From the NCBI GenBank assembly GCA_041491485.1, contig JBGPVC010000003.1, positions 1 through 52,188 on the forward strand: a DNA stretch of 52,188 nucleotides, read 5' to 3'. The notes beneath the pieces were generated by a model. The model had not been told where the DNA came from and searched no databases. It was given only the letters and a program-made list of their open reading frames with translations. This document shows positions 1 to 9,290 of this stretch, one piece after another; the stretch's first letter is position 1, and each line of letters opens with the position of its first letter. The stretch is from Candidatus Limnocylindria bacterium. Its GTDB lineage: Bacteria; Chloroflexota; Limnocylindria; Limnocylindrales; CSP1-4. The position numbers and the translations under genes are program-made.

Positions 1-34
1 ATCGAGAACTGCGCACAAGCGAGGCGACCATCCA

Positions 35-229
35 ATGGCATCGATGGCCATCCACGAACTGGGACCGATGCTCACCGCGACCGAGGTCGCTGACATGCTT
101 CACCTGCATGTCAACACGGTGAAGCGGCTCGGGGATCGCGGCGAGCTGCCGTTCTACCGGGTCTGCAAGCGCGGCGATCGCCGGTTCCGGCTCGACGACG
201 TGATGAAGTTCCTGACCCAGAACCGCTGA
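35..229 (+). CDS. Small excisionase/BldC-like (MerR-type, HTH_17) DNA-binding protein
   Basis: 64 aa with the pattern MLTATEVADMLHLHVNTVKR..DRGELPFYR..RGDRRFR, typical of Xis/BldC-like HTH proteins. The start could also be 44 or 68. Confidence 0.8.
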   Translation: MASMAIHELGPMLTATEVADMLHLHVNTVKRLGDRGELPFYRVCKRGDRRFRLDDVMKFLTQNR

Positions 230-247
230 TCCCGTACTCCAGCGGCT

Positions 248-278
248 GAGCGCCCGCCCTTTGGGGGGACGGGCGCTC
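248..278 (+). terminator. GC-rich hairpin between convergent genes
   Basis: GAGCGCCCG (248-256) pairs with CGGGCGCTC (270-278); weak U-tail. Confidence 0.5.
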
Positions 279-389
279 TCTGCTGCCCGGCGTCGGTCGG
301 TCGCGGGCGGCACTGGCTGGGGCGGTCGTCGTGGTCATCTATGCGCGCACCGTACGGGCTGACGGTACGTCAGGGTCGAAAAGCGGCGC

Positions 390-1694
390 TCAGTCGCGCG
401 GGATGCCCGCCAGCGACTCCCCGAAGATCTCGACGGCCTCGGCGATCTCGGCCGCATCCACGTTGATCGGCGGGATCCAGCGGACCACCTGGTGGCTGTA
501 GCCACACGTCAGCACGAGCAGCCCCGCATCGGCGCAGGCCGCGATCAACCGGTCGGGCAACGTGGAGTCGGGCTCGCGGGTCTCGCGATCGCGGACGAAC
601 TCCACCCCGACCATCAGGCCCCGACCGCGGATGTCGCCGATCCGGTCGTCCTCGGCCGCGATCGCGCCGAGGCCGGTCATCAGCTCCGCCCCGCGGACCG
701 CGGCATTGGCCACGAGCCCTTCGTCCCGGATCGTCTCGAGTACGGCCAACCCGGCCGCGCAGGCAACCGGGTTGCCACCGTAGGTCGAGCCGTGGGCGCC
801 GCGACCCCAGGCCTCCTGGAGCTCGCGGCTGGAGATGATCGCCGACAGGGGCAGGCCGTTGGCGATCGCCTTCGCCATGCACACCACGTCCGGCACGATC
901 CCGGCGTGCTCGAACGCCCACATCTGGCCCGTCCGGCCAAACCCCGTCTGGACCTCGTCGAGGATCAGCAGGATCCCGTGCCGATCGCAGAAGTCTCGCA
1001 AGCCGCGGAGGAATTCGGGCGGGGCAGGCGTGTAGCCGCCCTCGCCCTGGATCGGCTCGATCAGCATGGCCGCGACGGACGAGGGCGGGATCTCGGTCGA
1101 GGTCAGCCGGTGCAGCTCGGCGAGCGCCATCTCGGTTGCCTTCGCGTCGTCGCCACCGAAATCGCGATAGGCAGACGGGAACCCGGTCAGGTAGACGCCG
1201 GGCAGCACGGGCTCGTAGCCGGCCCGGTAATTGAGCGACGAGCTCGTGACCGACATCGCCCCAAACGTTCGCCCGTGGAAGCCGTGGCGGAAGGCGATGA
1301 TCCCGGGCCGGCCGGTGACCCGCCGCGCCAGCTTCAGCGCCGCCTCGATGGTCTCGGAGCCGGAGTTCAGGAACATGACCGAATCGAGCGGATCCGGGAA
1401 GGTCTCGTCCAGCGCTGCCGCCAGGCGCGAGACCGGCTCGGCGAAGCCCATCGCCGAGACCGGTCCGATCAGCCGGTCGACCTGGGCGTGAATGGCGGCC
1501 GTCACCCGCGGATGGGCATGCCCCAGGGCGGTCACGGCAATGCCGTTGGCGAAGTCCAGGTAGGCCTTGCCCGAGGTGTCGTACAGGCGGTGCCCGATGC
1601 CGTGGCTCCAGGTCCGCTCGAAGTAGCGACCGAGCACGGGGGTGAGGCTGGCGGCCGTGGGCGTGGCGAGATCGATCGTGGTGTCTGTCGACAT
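390..1694 (-). CDS. Class-III PLP aminotransferase (4-aminobutyrate/acetylornithine aminotransferase family)
   Basis: Motifs YLDFANGIAVTALGHAHP, NSGSE, FHGRT, LILDEVQTGFGRTG, PDVVCMAKAIANGLPL. ATG at 1694 is preceded by an AGGAG SD and a TATACT -10-like box. Confidence 0.92.
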   Translation of the reverse strand: MSTDTTIDLATPTAASLTPVLGRYFERTWSHGIGHRLYDTSGKAYLDFANGIAVTALGHAHPRVTAAIHAQVDRLIGPVSAMGFAEPVSRLAAALDETFPDPLDSVMFLNSGSETIEAALKLARRVTGRPGIIAFRHGFHGRTFGAMSVTSSSLNYRAGYEPVLPGVYLTGFPSAYRDFGGDDAKATEMALAELHRLTSTEIPPSSVAAMLIEPIQGEGGYTPAPPEFLRGLRDFCDRHGILLILDEVQTGFGRTGQMWAFEHAGIVPDVVCMAKAIANGLPLSAIISSRELQEAWGRGAHGSTYGGNPVACAAGLAVLETIRDEGLVANAAVRGAELMTGLGAIAAEDDRIGDIRGRGLMVGVEFVRDRETREPDSTLPDRLIAACADAGLLVLTCGYSHQVVRWIPPINVDAAEIAEAVEIFGESLAGIPRD

Positions 1695-1794
1695 GGTGAC
1701 GGCTCCTGATGGCGCGGCCCAGCGAGTATACGGGGCGCCCGATGACGACCGTGGCGAGCCTCCGCGCCGGCCCCTCCCTGCTACGCTCAGCACC

Positions 1795-3003
1795 ATGGTC
1801 GACTTCACCCTGACCGACGAAAACCGCCTCGTCCAGCAGGCGGCACGGGCGTTCGCCGACGCGGAGATCGTGCCGTTCATCCGCGAGTGGGATGAGAAGG
1901 GCGAAGTCCACCGCGAACTGTTCGAGAAGATGGGCGAGCAGGGATTCCTTGGGGCGCCGATCCCCGAGGCGTACGGCGGCTCAGGCATGGACTACGTCAG
2001 CTTCGCCATCCTGTGCGAGGAACTGGAGCGTGCCGACACCGCGTTCCGAGTCGTGCAGAGCGTCCACGTCGGCCTGAACTCGCTGGCGCTGCTGCAATGG
2101 GCGACGGAGGAGCAGCGTCAGCGATGGCTCGTGCCCCAGGCCCGCGGCGAGCGTCTCGCCACGTTCGCGCTGACCGAGCCCGGTGTCGGGACCGACGCCG
2201 GCAACCTGGCCACCACGGCCCGGCGCGACGGCGACGTCTACCGTCTCAACGGTCAGAAGATCTGGATCTCGCTGGCGGACCTTGCGGACCATTTCCTGGT
2301 CTTCGCGTCCGTCGACCGATCGAAGAAGCACAAGGGCGTCACGGCATTCCTGCTCGAGCGCGGGATGGCCGGGCTGACCACCGGCTCGCTCCACGGCAAG
2401 CTCGGGATCCGGGCCGGCAACACCGGACTGATCAACCTCGACGACGTCCCGGTTCCGGTCGAGAACCGGATCGGCGAGGAGGGCGAGGGCTTCCTGATCG
2501 CCATGAGCGCCATCGACCAGGGACGCTTCACCGTGGCGGCCGGCGCGGTAGGCCTGGCCCAGGCCTGTCTCGACGCCAGCGTCAAGTACGCCCACGAGCG
2601 GCAGACCTTCGGCCTGGAGATCGGCGAGCACCAGCTGGTGAAGCAGATGATCGCGCGGATGGCGGCCGGGACGGAGACCGGCCGGCTCCTTGTCTGGCGC
2701 GCGGCCTGGTTGAAGAACCAGGGAGTGCGCAACACGCGGGAGACGAGCCTGGCGAAGTGGCACGCCACCGAGCATGCGGTCCAGAGCGCTCTCGATGCGA
2801 TCCAGATCCACGGCGCCAACGGCTACTCGAACGAGTTTCCCGTCGAGCGCTACCTGCGCAACTCGAAGGCCGCCGTGATCTACGAGGGTACGAGCCAGCT
2901 CCACACGCTCATCCAGGCGGACTACGCGCTGGGCTACCGCGAGGATCGCCCGTTGCGCTGTGAGCCCTGGCCGGCGCAGGGCTGGCAGCGACCCGGTACG
3001 TGA
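1795..3003 (+). CDS. Acyl-CoA dehydrogenase
   Basis: Motifs FALTEPGVGTD, LNGQKIWIS, KLGIRA, AIQIHGANGY, IYEGTSQL. ATG at 1795 lies 7 nt after TACGCT. Confidence 0.95.
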   Translation: MVDFTLTDENRLVQQAARAFADAEIVPFIREWDEKGEVHRELFEKMGEQGFLGAPIPEAYGGSGMDYVSFAILCEELERADTAFRVVQSVHVGLNSLALLQWATEEQRQRWLVPQARGERLATFALTEPGVGTDAGNLATTARRDGDVYRLNGQKIWISLADLADHFLVFASVDRSKKHKGVTAFLLERGMAGLTTGSLHGKLGIRAGNTGLINLDDVPVPVENRIGEEGEGFLIAMSAIDQGRFTVAAGAVGLAQACLDASVKYAHERQTFGLEIGEHQLVKQMIARMAAGTETGRLLVWRAAWLKNQGVRNTRETSLAKWHATEHAVQSALDAIQIHGANGYSNEFPVERYLRNSKAAVIYEGTSQLHTLIQADYALGYREDRPLRCEPWPAQGWQRPGT

Positions 3004-5018
3004 CGGTCAACCGGCCGGACGAGGATCGGTGGCCGGAGAACGATCTCGCCATTCTCGCCGCGCTCGCCGAGACCTTCGTTCCCGGTGACGCCGACCACCG
3101 GGCACGATTGGCGAGCGAGGCGCTGACCGCCTCGGCCGACCCGGCGCAGGTGCGGCAGCTCCGGCTTGCCCTCCGGCTGATGGATTCGGGGGCGGCGAAC
3201 CTGCTGCTCACGGGGCGGCCGAGGTCGTTCACCTCGATGTCGACCGCCGACCGGGAGCGGTATCTGCTGGGCTGGGCCACGGCCCGTCTCGGCATGCGAC
3301 GTTCGGCGTTCGCGGCATTTCGCAGGCTGCTCACGTTCCTCGCCTACGCCGAGCCCGGCCTCGACGGTCCGAACCTCCGTCTCTCCCGGATGGGCTACCG
3401 GCCCGACGATCCGCCGGTGACCCAAGAACCGCCGGCGATCCGGCCCCTCGTGCTGCCGGCGACCTCGGGGAGTCGGACGACCGAAGCGGCGATCGTGCTC
3501 GAATCCGACGCGGTGATCGTGGGTGCGGGAGCGGGTGGCGGGGTGCTCGCGGCCGCGCTGACGGCAGCGGGCCGATCGGTGGTCGTCGTGGAGGCCGGCC
3601 CCTTCGTCGACGAGTCGGTCATGCCCCGCGACGAGCTGAGCGCGTTCGATCGGCTCTACCTCAATCACGGGCTGCTCACGACGTGGGATGGCTCGGTGAC
3701 CATGCTGGCCGGCAGCGGGGTCGGGGGCGGAACGCTGGTCAACTGGATGACCTGCATTCCGGCCACGGCATCGGTGCGCGACGAGTGGGAGCGTGACCAC
3801 GGCATCGAGGACCTGACCGGCGCGACCTGGACGAATGACATCGCGACGCTCGACGCGGAGCTCGAAGTGGCGGAGCCGACCCAGATCCCACCGAAGGATG
3901 CGGTCATCCTGCGCGGAGCCCGAGCGCTCGGCTGGGACGCGGATCCCACGCGCCGGAATGCGTCGGCCTGTGGCGACTGCGGGAGCTGCCCGTTCGGCTG
4001 CCGCCGGGGGACGAAACGATCGGGTATGCGCGCCCACCTCGGGCAGGCGGCGGCGGGCGGCGCGCGGGTGATCGCCGACGCCCGGGTGACGCGGGTGCTC
4101 GTCGAAGGAGGCCGTGCGGTGGGCGTCGAAGCCGAAGTCGCCGCCGGCGGCGATGGCTCGACGCGATCGTTGGTCGTTCGTGCATCGACGGTCATCGTCG
4201 CGGCCGGTGCGCTTCGAACACCCGCGGTCCTGCAACGCTCCGGCGTCGAGCATCCGGCGATTGGGCGCCACCTGCGGCTCCATCCCGTCGCCGTCGTCGC
4301 CGGCCGGTACGACGAACCGATCGAGATGTGGCGCGGGACGATGCAGGCCGCGCGCTCGCTCCAGTTCGTCGAGCCAGAGGCGGATCGGAACGGTTACGTG
4401 ATCGAGGCGGCGCCCGGGCATCCGGGCCTCCTCGCCCTGGCCCTCCCGTGGGAGGGAAGCGTGGCGCATGCCGACCTGATGGACGGAGCCGCACGCCTGT
4501 CTCCGCTCATCGCGATCACTCGCGACGGGGGTGAGGGCCGGACGACCATCACGCCGTCCGGTCGGGTCCGGATCGACTATCGCCTGGACGAGCGCGGCAT
4601 CGCCACACTGCGCCACGGCCTGGTATCCATGACCCGCCTGGCACGGGCGGCCGGCGCGACGGAGGTGCTGGCCGCGGGCATGCCCCCGGCGTGGTACCGG
4701 TCGGCCGATGGAGCCGGGGACGCCCCGGCTGCGGTCGCGCGGTTCGAGGCGGCGCTCGCCGCCTTCGACTTCGGCCCGAACCGCGGCGCGGTCTTCTCGG
4801 CGCACCAGATGGGCTCGGTCCGCATGGGCGCCGACCGGCGAACGCACCCGTGCGACCCGTGGGGCCGCGTGCGGGCGAGGGACCGGGGCGACGGCGTCAT
4901 CCACGGCCTGTACGTCGGCGACGGCTCGCTCTTCCCGACGGGGCTCGGCGTGAACCCGATGATCACGATCATGGCCCTCGCCCGGCGCGTGGCTCGAACG
5001 GTCCTGGCCGACACCTGA
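3000..5018 (+). CDS. GMC-family FAD oxidoreductase (long-chain alcohol oxidase-like)
   Basis: GAGAGGG dinucleotide fold, GVGGGTLVN, CGDCGSCPFGC, SAHQMGSVRMG, GVNPMITIMALA. GTGA overlap with the upstream gene. Confidence 0.9.
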   Translation: MTVNRPDEDRWPENDLAILAALAETFVPGDADHRARLASEALTASADPAQVRQLRLALRLMDSGAANLLLTGRPRSFTSMSTADRERYLLGWATARLGMRRSAFAAFRRLLTFLAYAEPGLDGPNLRLSRMGYRPDDPPVTQEPPAIRPLVLPATSGSRTTEAAIVLESDAVIVGAGAGGGVLAAALTAAGRSVVVVEAGPFVDESVMPRDELSAFDRLYLNHGLLTTWDGSVTMLAGSGVGGGTLVNWMTCIPATASVRDEWERDHGIEDLTGATWTNDIATLDAELEVAEPTQIPPKDAVILRGARALGWDADPTRRNASACGDCGSCPFGCRRGTKRSGMRAHLGQAAAGGARVIADARVTRVLVEGGRAVGVEAEVAAGGDGSTRSLVVRASTVIVAAGALRTPAVLQRSGVEHPAIGRHLRLHPVAVVAGRYDEPIEMWRGTMQAARSLQFVEPEADRNGYVIEAAPGHPGLLALALPWEGSVAHADLMDGAARLSPLIAITRDGGEGRTTITPSGRVRIDYRLDERGIATLRHGLVSMTRLARAAGATEVLAAGMPPAWYRSADGAGDAPAAVARFEAALAAFDFGPNRGAVFSAHQMGSVRMGADRRTHPCDPWGRVRARDRGDGVIHGLYVGDGSLFPTGLGVNPMITIMALARRVARTVLADT

Positions 5019-5057
5019 GGCCGGATCCACCCGACGACGGGCACGGAGCCGACGGCT

Positions 5058-6056
5058 CTAGCGGGTCGGCGCCGGTACCGTCGGGGCGCCCGCCGCGGCG
5101 GCCGGCTCGGAGGCGACCGTCCCGCGCGGGGCCCGCATCCGCCCGCGCGAGGTGACGATCAGGGCGACGGCGAAGACGATCACCGCGCCCGCCACGAGCG
5201 TTCGGGGATCCACCGGCTCGTTCCGGACGGCGGCGCCCAGGACCACCGCCACCACCGGGTTGACGTAGGCGTACGTCGCGATCAGTGGCAGCGGCGCCAC
5301 GCGCAGGAGCCAGCCGTAGGCGGTGAACGCGACGAGGCTGCCGACCACGGTGAGATAGGCCAGCGCGCCGAACGAGGCCGGCGTCACGGCATCGATGCGG
5401 AACCCGGACAGCTCGCCGCTCACCACGCTCATGGCCGCCAGGACGATCCCGCCGCAGAGCATCTGGACGCCGGTCGCCAGCAGCGGCAGCCTCGGCAGCT
5501 GCGCGCGGTGGGATGCGAACAGCGAGCCGCTGGCCCACGAGATCGGCGAGGCGATGATCGCCGCGAGCCCGAGCCCGTCGAGCGCCCCTGATCCGCCGAG
5601 TGCCGACGGCCCGATCAGGATGGCGACCCCGCCGAACCCGGCGATGATGCCGACGACGGCGAGCCGCGGCAACCGCTCGCCAAGGAAGACCCGACCCAGG
5701 ATGGCGACCCACACGGGCATCATCGCGATCAGCAACGCCGTGATCCCGGACGGCACGGTCTGCTCGCCGAATGCCACCATGCCCATCCCGCCACCGAGCA
5801 GCAGGGCGCCCACGATCGCACTGTCGCGCCACTCGCGTGCCGACGGGAGCGCCAGCGAGCGCCCTTCGCGGGCCGCCGACCATGTCAGCAGGACCACCCC
5901 GGCGATGAGGAATCGCGTCGCCGCCATGAGGAACGGCGGAATCGTATCGATCGCGATCGCGATGCCGAGGTAGGTCGAGCCCCAGACGACGTACAGGATC
6001 AGCAGGCCGATCCAGATCGGGGGCCGCGGCGACGCGGCGGGAGCAACGGTTGGCAT
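5058..6056 (-). CDS. EamA/DMT family transporter (YedA-like)
   Basis: About 10 hydrophobic segments; LYVVWGSTYLGI and YAYVNPVVAV motifs. Confidence 0.9.
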   Translation of the reverse strand: MPTVAPAASPRPPIWIGLLILYVVWGSTYLGIAIAIDTIPPFLMAATRFLIAGVVLLTWSAAREGRSLALPSAREWRDSAIVGALLLGGGMGMVAFGEQTVPSGITALLIAMMPVWVAILGRVFLGERLPRLAVVGIIAGFGGVAILIGPSALGGSGALDGLGLAAIIASPISWASGSLFASHRAQLPRLPLLATGVQMLCGGIVLAAMSVVSGELSGFRIDAVTPASFGALAYLTVVGSLVAFTAYGWLLRVAPLPLIATYAYVNPVVAVVLGAAVRNEPVDPRTLVAGAVIVFAVALIVTSRGRMRAPRGTVASEPAAAAGAPTVPAPTR

Positions 6057-6123
6057 AGAGGGATGGTCCAAGATCGGAGTGTACGCGGCCGGCAGTCGCC
6101 GCGTCCAGCGGTTCAGGCCGCGA

Positions 6124-6921
6124 TCACGCCGCGATCGCTCCCGACGCCGGCCGGCAGGCACGGCAGGGCCGGTAGCCGGCACCGGCGGCAGCCTCGAGCG
6201 AGCGGAACGGCACCCGGTGCGGGGCCGTGATCCGTCTGGCATGGCGGCAGGTCGGCAGGCAGACGATGTGGGTCGTATCCGAGCCCAGGTAGCGCATGCC
6301 GGATCGGGCGGCCGACTCCATGGCGTCTGGGTCGAGGCCCTCGGCGGCCAGGATCGTCCGCTTGTTGGCCGGACCGCCAAGCGAATACTGGCCGATCGAT
6401 CCATCGGTCCGCACCACGCGGTGGCAGGGCACGATCAGCGGCACCGGGTTGTGCCCCAGGGCCGTCCCCACCGCACGGACCGCCTTCGGGCGCCCGATCT
6501 CGGCCGCGATCCAACCATACGGCCGGACCTCGCCGCGCGGGATCTCCAGCGCCTTCTGCCAGACGTCCCGCTCGAAGTCGGTGTGGCCGCGAAGGTCGAG
6601 ATCGATCCGGACCTGCCGGTCGCCACCAAGGCGACGGGCGATCGCGCGCCCCAGGTCCTCCGGCAGCTCGCCGGCCCGCACCGCGCGACGGCCGGTCCGG
6701 GCCAGGTGCTGGGCTTCGAAGGTGGCGTCATCGGGCGCGGACTCGACAGCGGAGACGCCAAGTCCGTTCCAGGCCACCACGAGCGGCCCGATCGGGGCCT
6801 CGAAGCGAGCGTAGCGGTCGATCATCCCAACCTCCACCAGGACGCCTTCCGCCAGGGTCGGCGGGGCGGCGGTCAGCAGGTCTGCCATGGCGGTCTCCAG
6901 GTCCTTGTCGCTGAGGGTCAT
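6124..6921 (-). CDS. Methylated-DNA-[protein]-cysteine S-methyltransferase with C-terminal Ada metal-binding domain
   Basis: Ogt motifs IPRGEVRPYGWIA and AVRAVGTALGHNPVPLIVPCHRVV. C-terminal CLPTC...GYRPCRACRP is an Ada-type Zn site. ATGA overlap with the sigma-factor stop codon. Confidence 0.88.
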   Translation of the reverse strand: MTLSDKDLETAMADLLTAAPPTLAEGVLVEVGMIDRYARFEAPIGPLVVAWNGLGVSAVESAPDDATFEAQHLARTGRRAVRAGELPEDLGRAIARRLGGDRQVRIDLDLRGHTDFERDVWQKALEIPRGEVRPYGWIAAEIGRPKAVRAVGTALGHNPVPLIVPCHRVVRTDGSIGQYSLGGPANKRTILAAEGLDPDAMESAARSGMRYLGSDTTHIVCLPTCRHARRITAPHRVPFRSLEAAAGAGYRPCRACRPASGAIAA

Positions 6922-7532
6922 GCGGTCATCTCCTCGCGCTCGCGCCGCTGGGCAGCTTCGAACGCCGTGCGCAGCAGGGCCAGGCCCCGGTGGACCTGGG
7001 CCTTGACGGTTCCTTCGGGTCGATCGAGGGCGGTCGCGACCTCGGGATAGCTCAGGCCGTCGACGTGCCGAAGCACGACGGCCGTTCGATAGACGGGCGG
7101 CAGGGTCATCAGCAGGGCGGCCCACGACTCGCGAGAATCACGGCGCACGGCCGTGGCCGCGGGCTCGGCAGCGTCGTCGGCACGTGGCTCGTGGGTGCCC
7201 AGCTCGGTGGCATCCAGTGACAGGGCCGGCCGGGCGAGCGCGACCCGGGCGGCCCGCCTGGCCAGCCGCGATCGGCACAGGTTGAGCACGATCGTCGCCA
7301 GCCACGGACGAAGGCGCAGCTCGCGGATCCGTTCGGGTTCGTAGGAAGCGAGTGCTCGGTGGGCCCGGACGAAGGCGTCCTGGGCGGCCTCTTCGGCATC
7401 GCGACGATCGCCGAGCAGCCGAAGGGCGATCGAGTAGAGTCGATCCTGGTGGGCCAGCACGAGCGCCTCGAACGAACCGTCGAGGTCTCGCGCCAGGGCG
7501 GCGATGAGCGTGCTGTCGGTATCCATCGTCAT
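6918..7532 (-). CDS. ECF RNA polymerase sigma-70 factor
   Basis: Region 2 DAEEAAQDAFVRA..LRPWLATIVLNLCRS and region 4 YRTAVVLRHVDGLSYPEVA..PEGTVKAQVHRG. The start could also be 7526. Confidence 0.92.
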   Translation of the reverse strand: MTMDTDSTLIAALARDLDGSFEALVLAHQDRLYSIALRLLGDRRDAEEAAQDAFVRAHRALASYEPERIRELRLRPWLATIVLNLCRSRLARRAARVALARPALSLDATELGTHEPRADDAAEPAATAVRRDSRESWAALLMTLPPVYRTAVVLRHVDGLSYPEVATALDRPEGTVKAQVHRGLALLRTAFEAAQRREREEMTA

Positions 7533-7552
7533 CCAGAACCACGGGTGCCGGT

Positions 7553-7585
7553 GAACCGTTGCGCGCCAGCGAACCGTAGCGCGCC
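7553..7585 (-). promoter_or_regulatory. 15-bp direct repeat overlapping a putative ECF promoter
   Basis: GAACCGTTGCGCGCC (7553-7567) and GAACCGTAGCGCGCC (7571-7585). On the minus strand a GCAAC...GGTT arrangement sits just before the sigma ATG. Confidence 0.45.
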
Positions 7586-7693
7586 GGTGCGTCAACGGTA
7601 CCGGGCCAGGGGCGTGGAGGAGCGGCATGGGCCGAACGGCAGCGGGCCGACGGCCCGCGGCATGGCCCACGGCCATGCGACAATCCGGCCAGG

Positions 7694-8704
7694 ATGCAGC
7701 TCGACGATCGATTCGACGAACTCGTCGACAGCCTGGCCGGCTTCCACCGGACCTGGCTGGTCTACATCGGGATGGAGCTGGGCCTGTTCAGCCGGCTCCG
7801 CGTGGCGGGCCCTCACGGCCTGACCGCAGCCGAGCTCGCCGCGGCCAGCGGTTGCCGCGCCGCACCGATCGAGGCGTGGGCGTCGGCGGCCGACGCGCAG
7901 GGCCTGGTGGAGCTGCAGGACGGCCGGATGGTGCTGGACGAGGAGACGGCCGTCGTCCTGCTCGATGACGCCCGCCCGGAATTCCTCGGCGGCCAGTTCG
8001 TCCACGCGGTGATCGCGTCGCTCGACTGGGCGGGCATGCTCGAGTTCTTCCGCACCGGTCAGCCGATGCGCGAGCGTCCCGACCGCTATCGCGTCTCGAT
8101 CGAGAGACTCACGGTCCAGGACGTGGCCGTCTTCTTCCAGGAGGCACTTGCGGAGCTGCCGCAGCTCGTGGCGGACCTGACGAGGGGCGGTCGCGTCGTC
8201 GACATCCATTGCGGCGGCGGGCGCTGGCTGATCGCCATGGCCAGGCGTTTCGCGGCGATCGAGCTGGTCGGACTGGAGTTCGAGCCCGATTCAGTCGCGA
8301 GGGCCCGGGCCAACGTCGAGGCTGCGGCGCTCGCCGGCAGGATCGAAATCCGGCAGGGCCACGTCGATCAGGTGGGCGCCGCGGGCGAGTTCGGCCTGAC
8401 CTATTTCCAGTACGCCCTGCACCAGCTCCCCGACCCGGCGGGTGCCTTGCGGGCGGCGTGGGTAGCCACGGGCCCGGGCGGCCGGCTGGTCGTGCTCGAC
8501 TGGGCGCTGCCGTCGAGCCTGGACGAGTCCCGGACGCGCCAGGGCGAGCTGATCGCAGGGGTCCAGCTCGACGAGCTGTACCAGGGTACGGCGCTGGCGA
8601 CGCGCGAGCGGCTCGCCGGCTGGTTCGTCGAGGCCGGGATCCCGGCGCCGATGACGATCGACCTGGCGTCCGGCGCGTCGCTCTTCGTGGCCGACCGCTC
8701 GTAG
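7694..8704 (+). CDS. Class I SAM-dependent methyltransferase with N-terminal winged-helix domain
   Basis: N-terminal GMELGLF..LTAAELAAASG; SAM motif variant VVDIHCGGG; YALHQLPDP; GPGGRLVVLD. Confidence 0.8.
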   Translation: MQLDDRFDELVDSLAGFHRTWLVYIGMELGLFSRLRVAGPHGLTAAELAAASGCRAAPIEAWASAADAQGLVELQDGRMVLDEETAVVLLDDARPEFLGGQFVHAVIASLDWAGMLEFFRTGQPMRERPDRYRVSIERLTVQDVAVFFQEALAELPQLVADLTRGGRVVDIHCGGGRWLIAMARRFAAIELVGLEFEPDSVARARANVEAAALAGRIEIRQGHVDQVGAAGEFGLTYFQYALHQLPDPAGALRAAWVATGPGGRLVVLDWALPSSLDESRTRQGELIAGVQLDELYQGTALATRERLAGWFVEAGIPAPMTIDLASGASLFVADRS

Positions 8705-8771
8705 TTCCGGGCCGCCGGGCTAAGGGCGCCGGCCGGCTGGACTGCCGGCCGGCCGACGACGATGGGTCCGG

Positions 8772-9197
8772 TCAGCTGACCGTGATCGTGCCGTGCATGC
8801 TCGAGTGGATCTTGCAGTGGAACGCGTACGTGCCCGCGGCGGTAAACATCAGGCCGTCCGACGAGCCAGGGCTGATCGTGCCGGTGGAGCACGAACCGTC
8901 GTCGAGCGTCGCGGTGTGCGGAGCGGAGTCATTGTTGGTGAACGTGACGATCTGGCCGACCTTGGCCTGGATCTGCCCTGACCCGAAGGAGAAGCCCTTG
9001 ATCGACACGGGGACCTGACCTGCGTCGGCGCTCTGACTGCAGGCCGCGCCGCCGCCGGCCGCTGGCGCGCTGGCCGCCGTCGAGGCCTCGGCCGTGGGAG
9101 CGGCTGCCGACGGGGCGGTGGTGAGCTCGCGTGGCGAACACGCGGCGAGGAGCATGACGGCGCCGACGACAAGGCCGGCAAGGGCTCGATGGTGCAT
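8772..9197 (-). CDS. Cupredoxin (plastocyanin/amicyanin-like) lipoprotein
   Basis: Lipobox LAAC; type-1 Cu ligands in PHTAT and FHCKIHSSM; AGGAGG SD upstream. Confidence 0.9.
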   Translation of the reverse strand: MHHRALAGLVVGAVMLLAACSPRELTTAPSAAAPTAEASTAASAPAAGGGAACSQSADAGQVPVSIKGFSFGSGQIQAKVGQIVTFTNNDSAPHTATLDDGSCSTGTISPGSSDGLMFTAAGTYAFHCKIHSSMHGTITVS

Positions 9198-9290
9198 GGA
9201 ATGACCTCCTACGGTTGGGCAATGATGGTGTCAGGGCAGAGTACGCATGGCTCGCCGCGCCGGTTTTGTCGCCGCTATCGTGTGCGAGGC

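Noticed and set aside
2934-5030. Long antisense and alternate-frame ORFs (e.g. 2934-5030, 20039-21586, 25670-28120, 42147-44183, 44234-45997, 50185-51786)
   Set aside because: They are Arg/Pro/Gly-rich shadows of well-supported genes, expected at this GC content, and show no family motifs.
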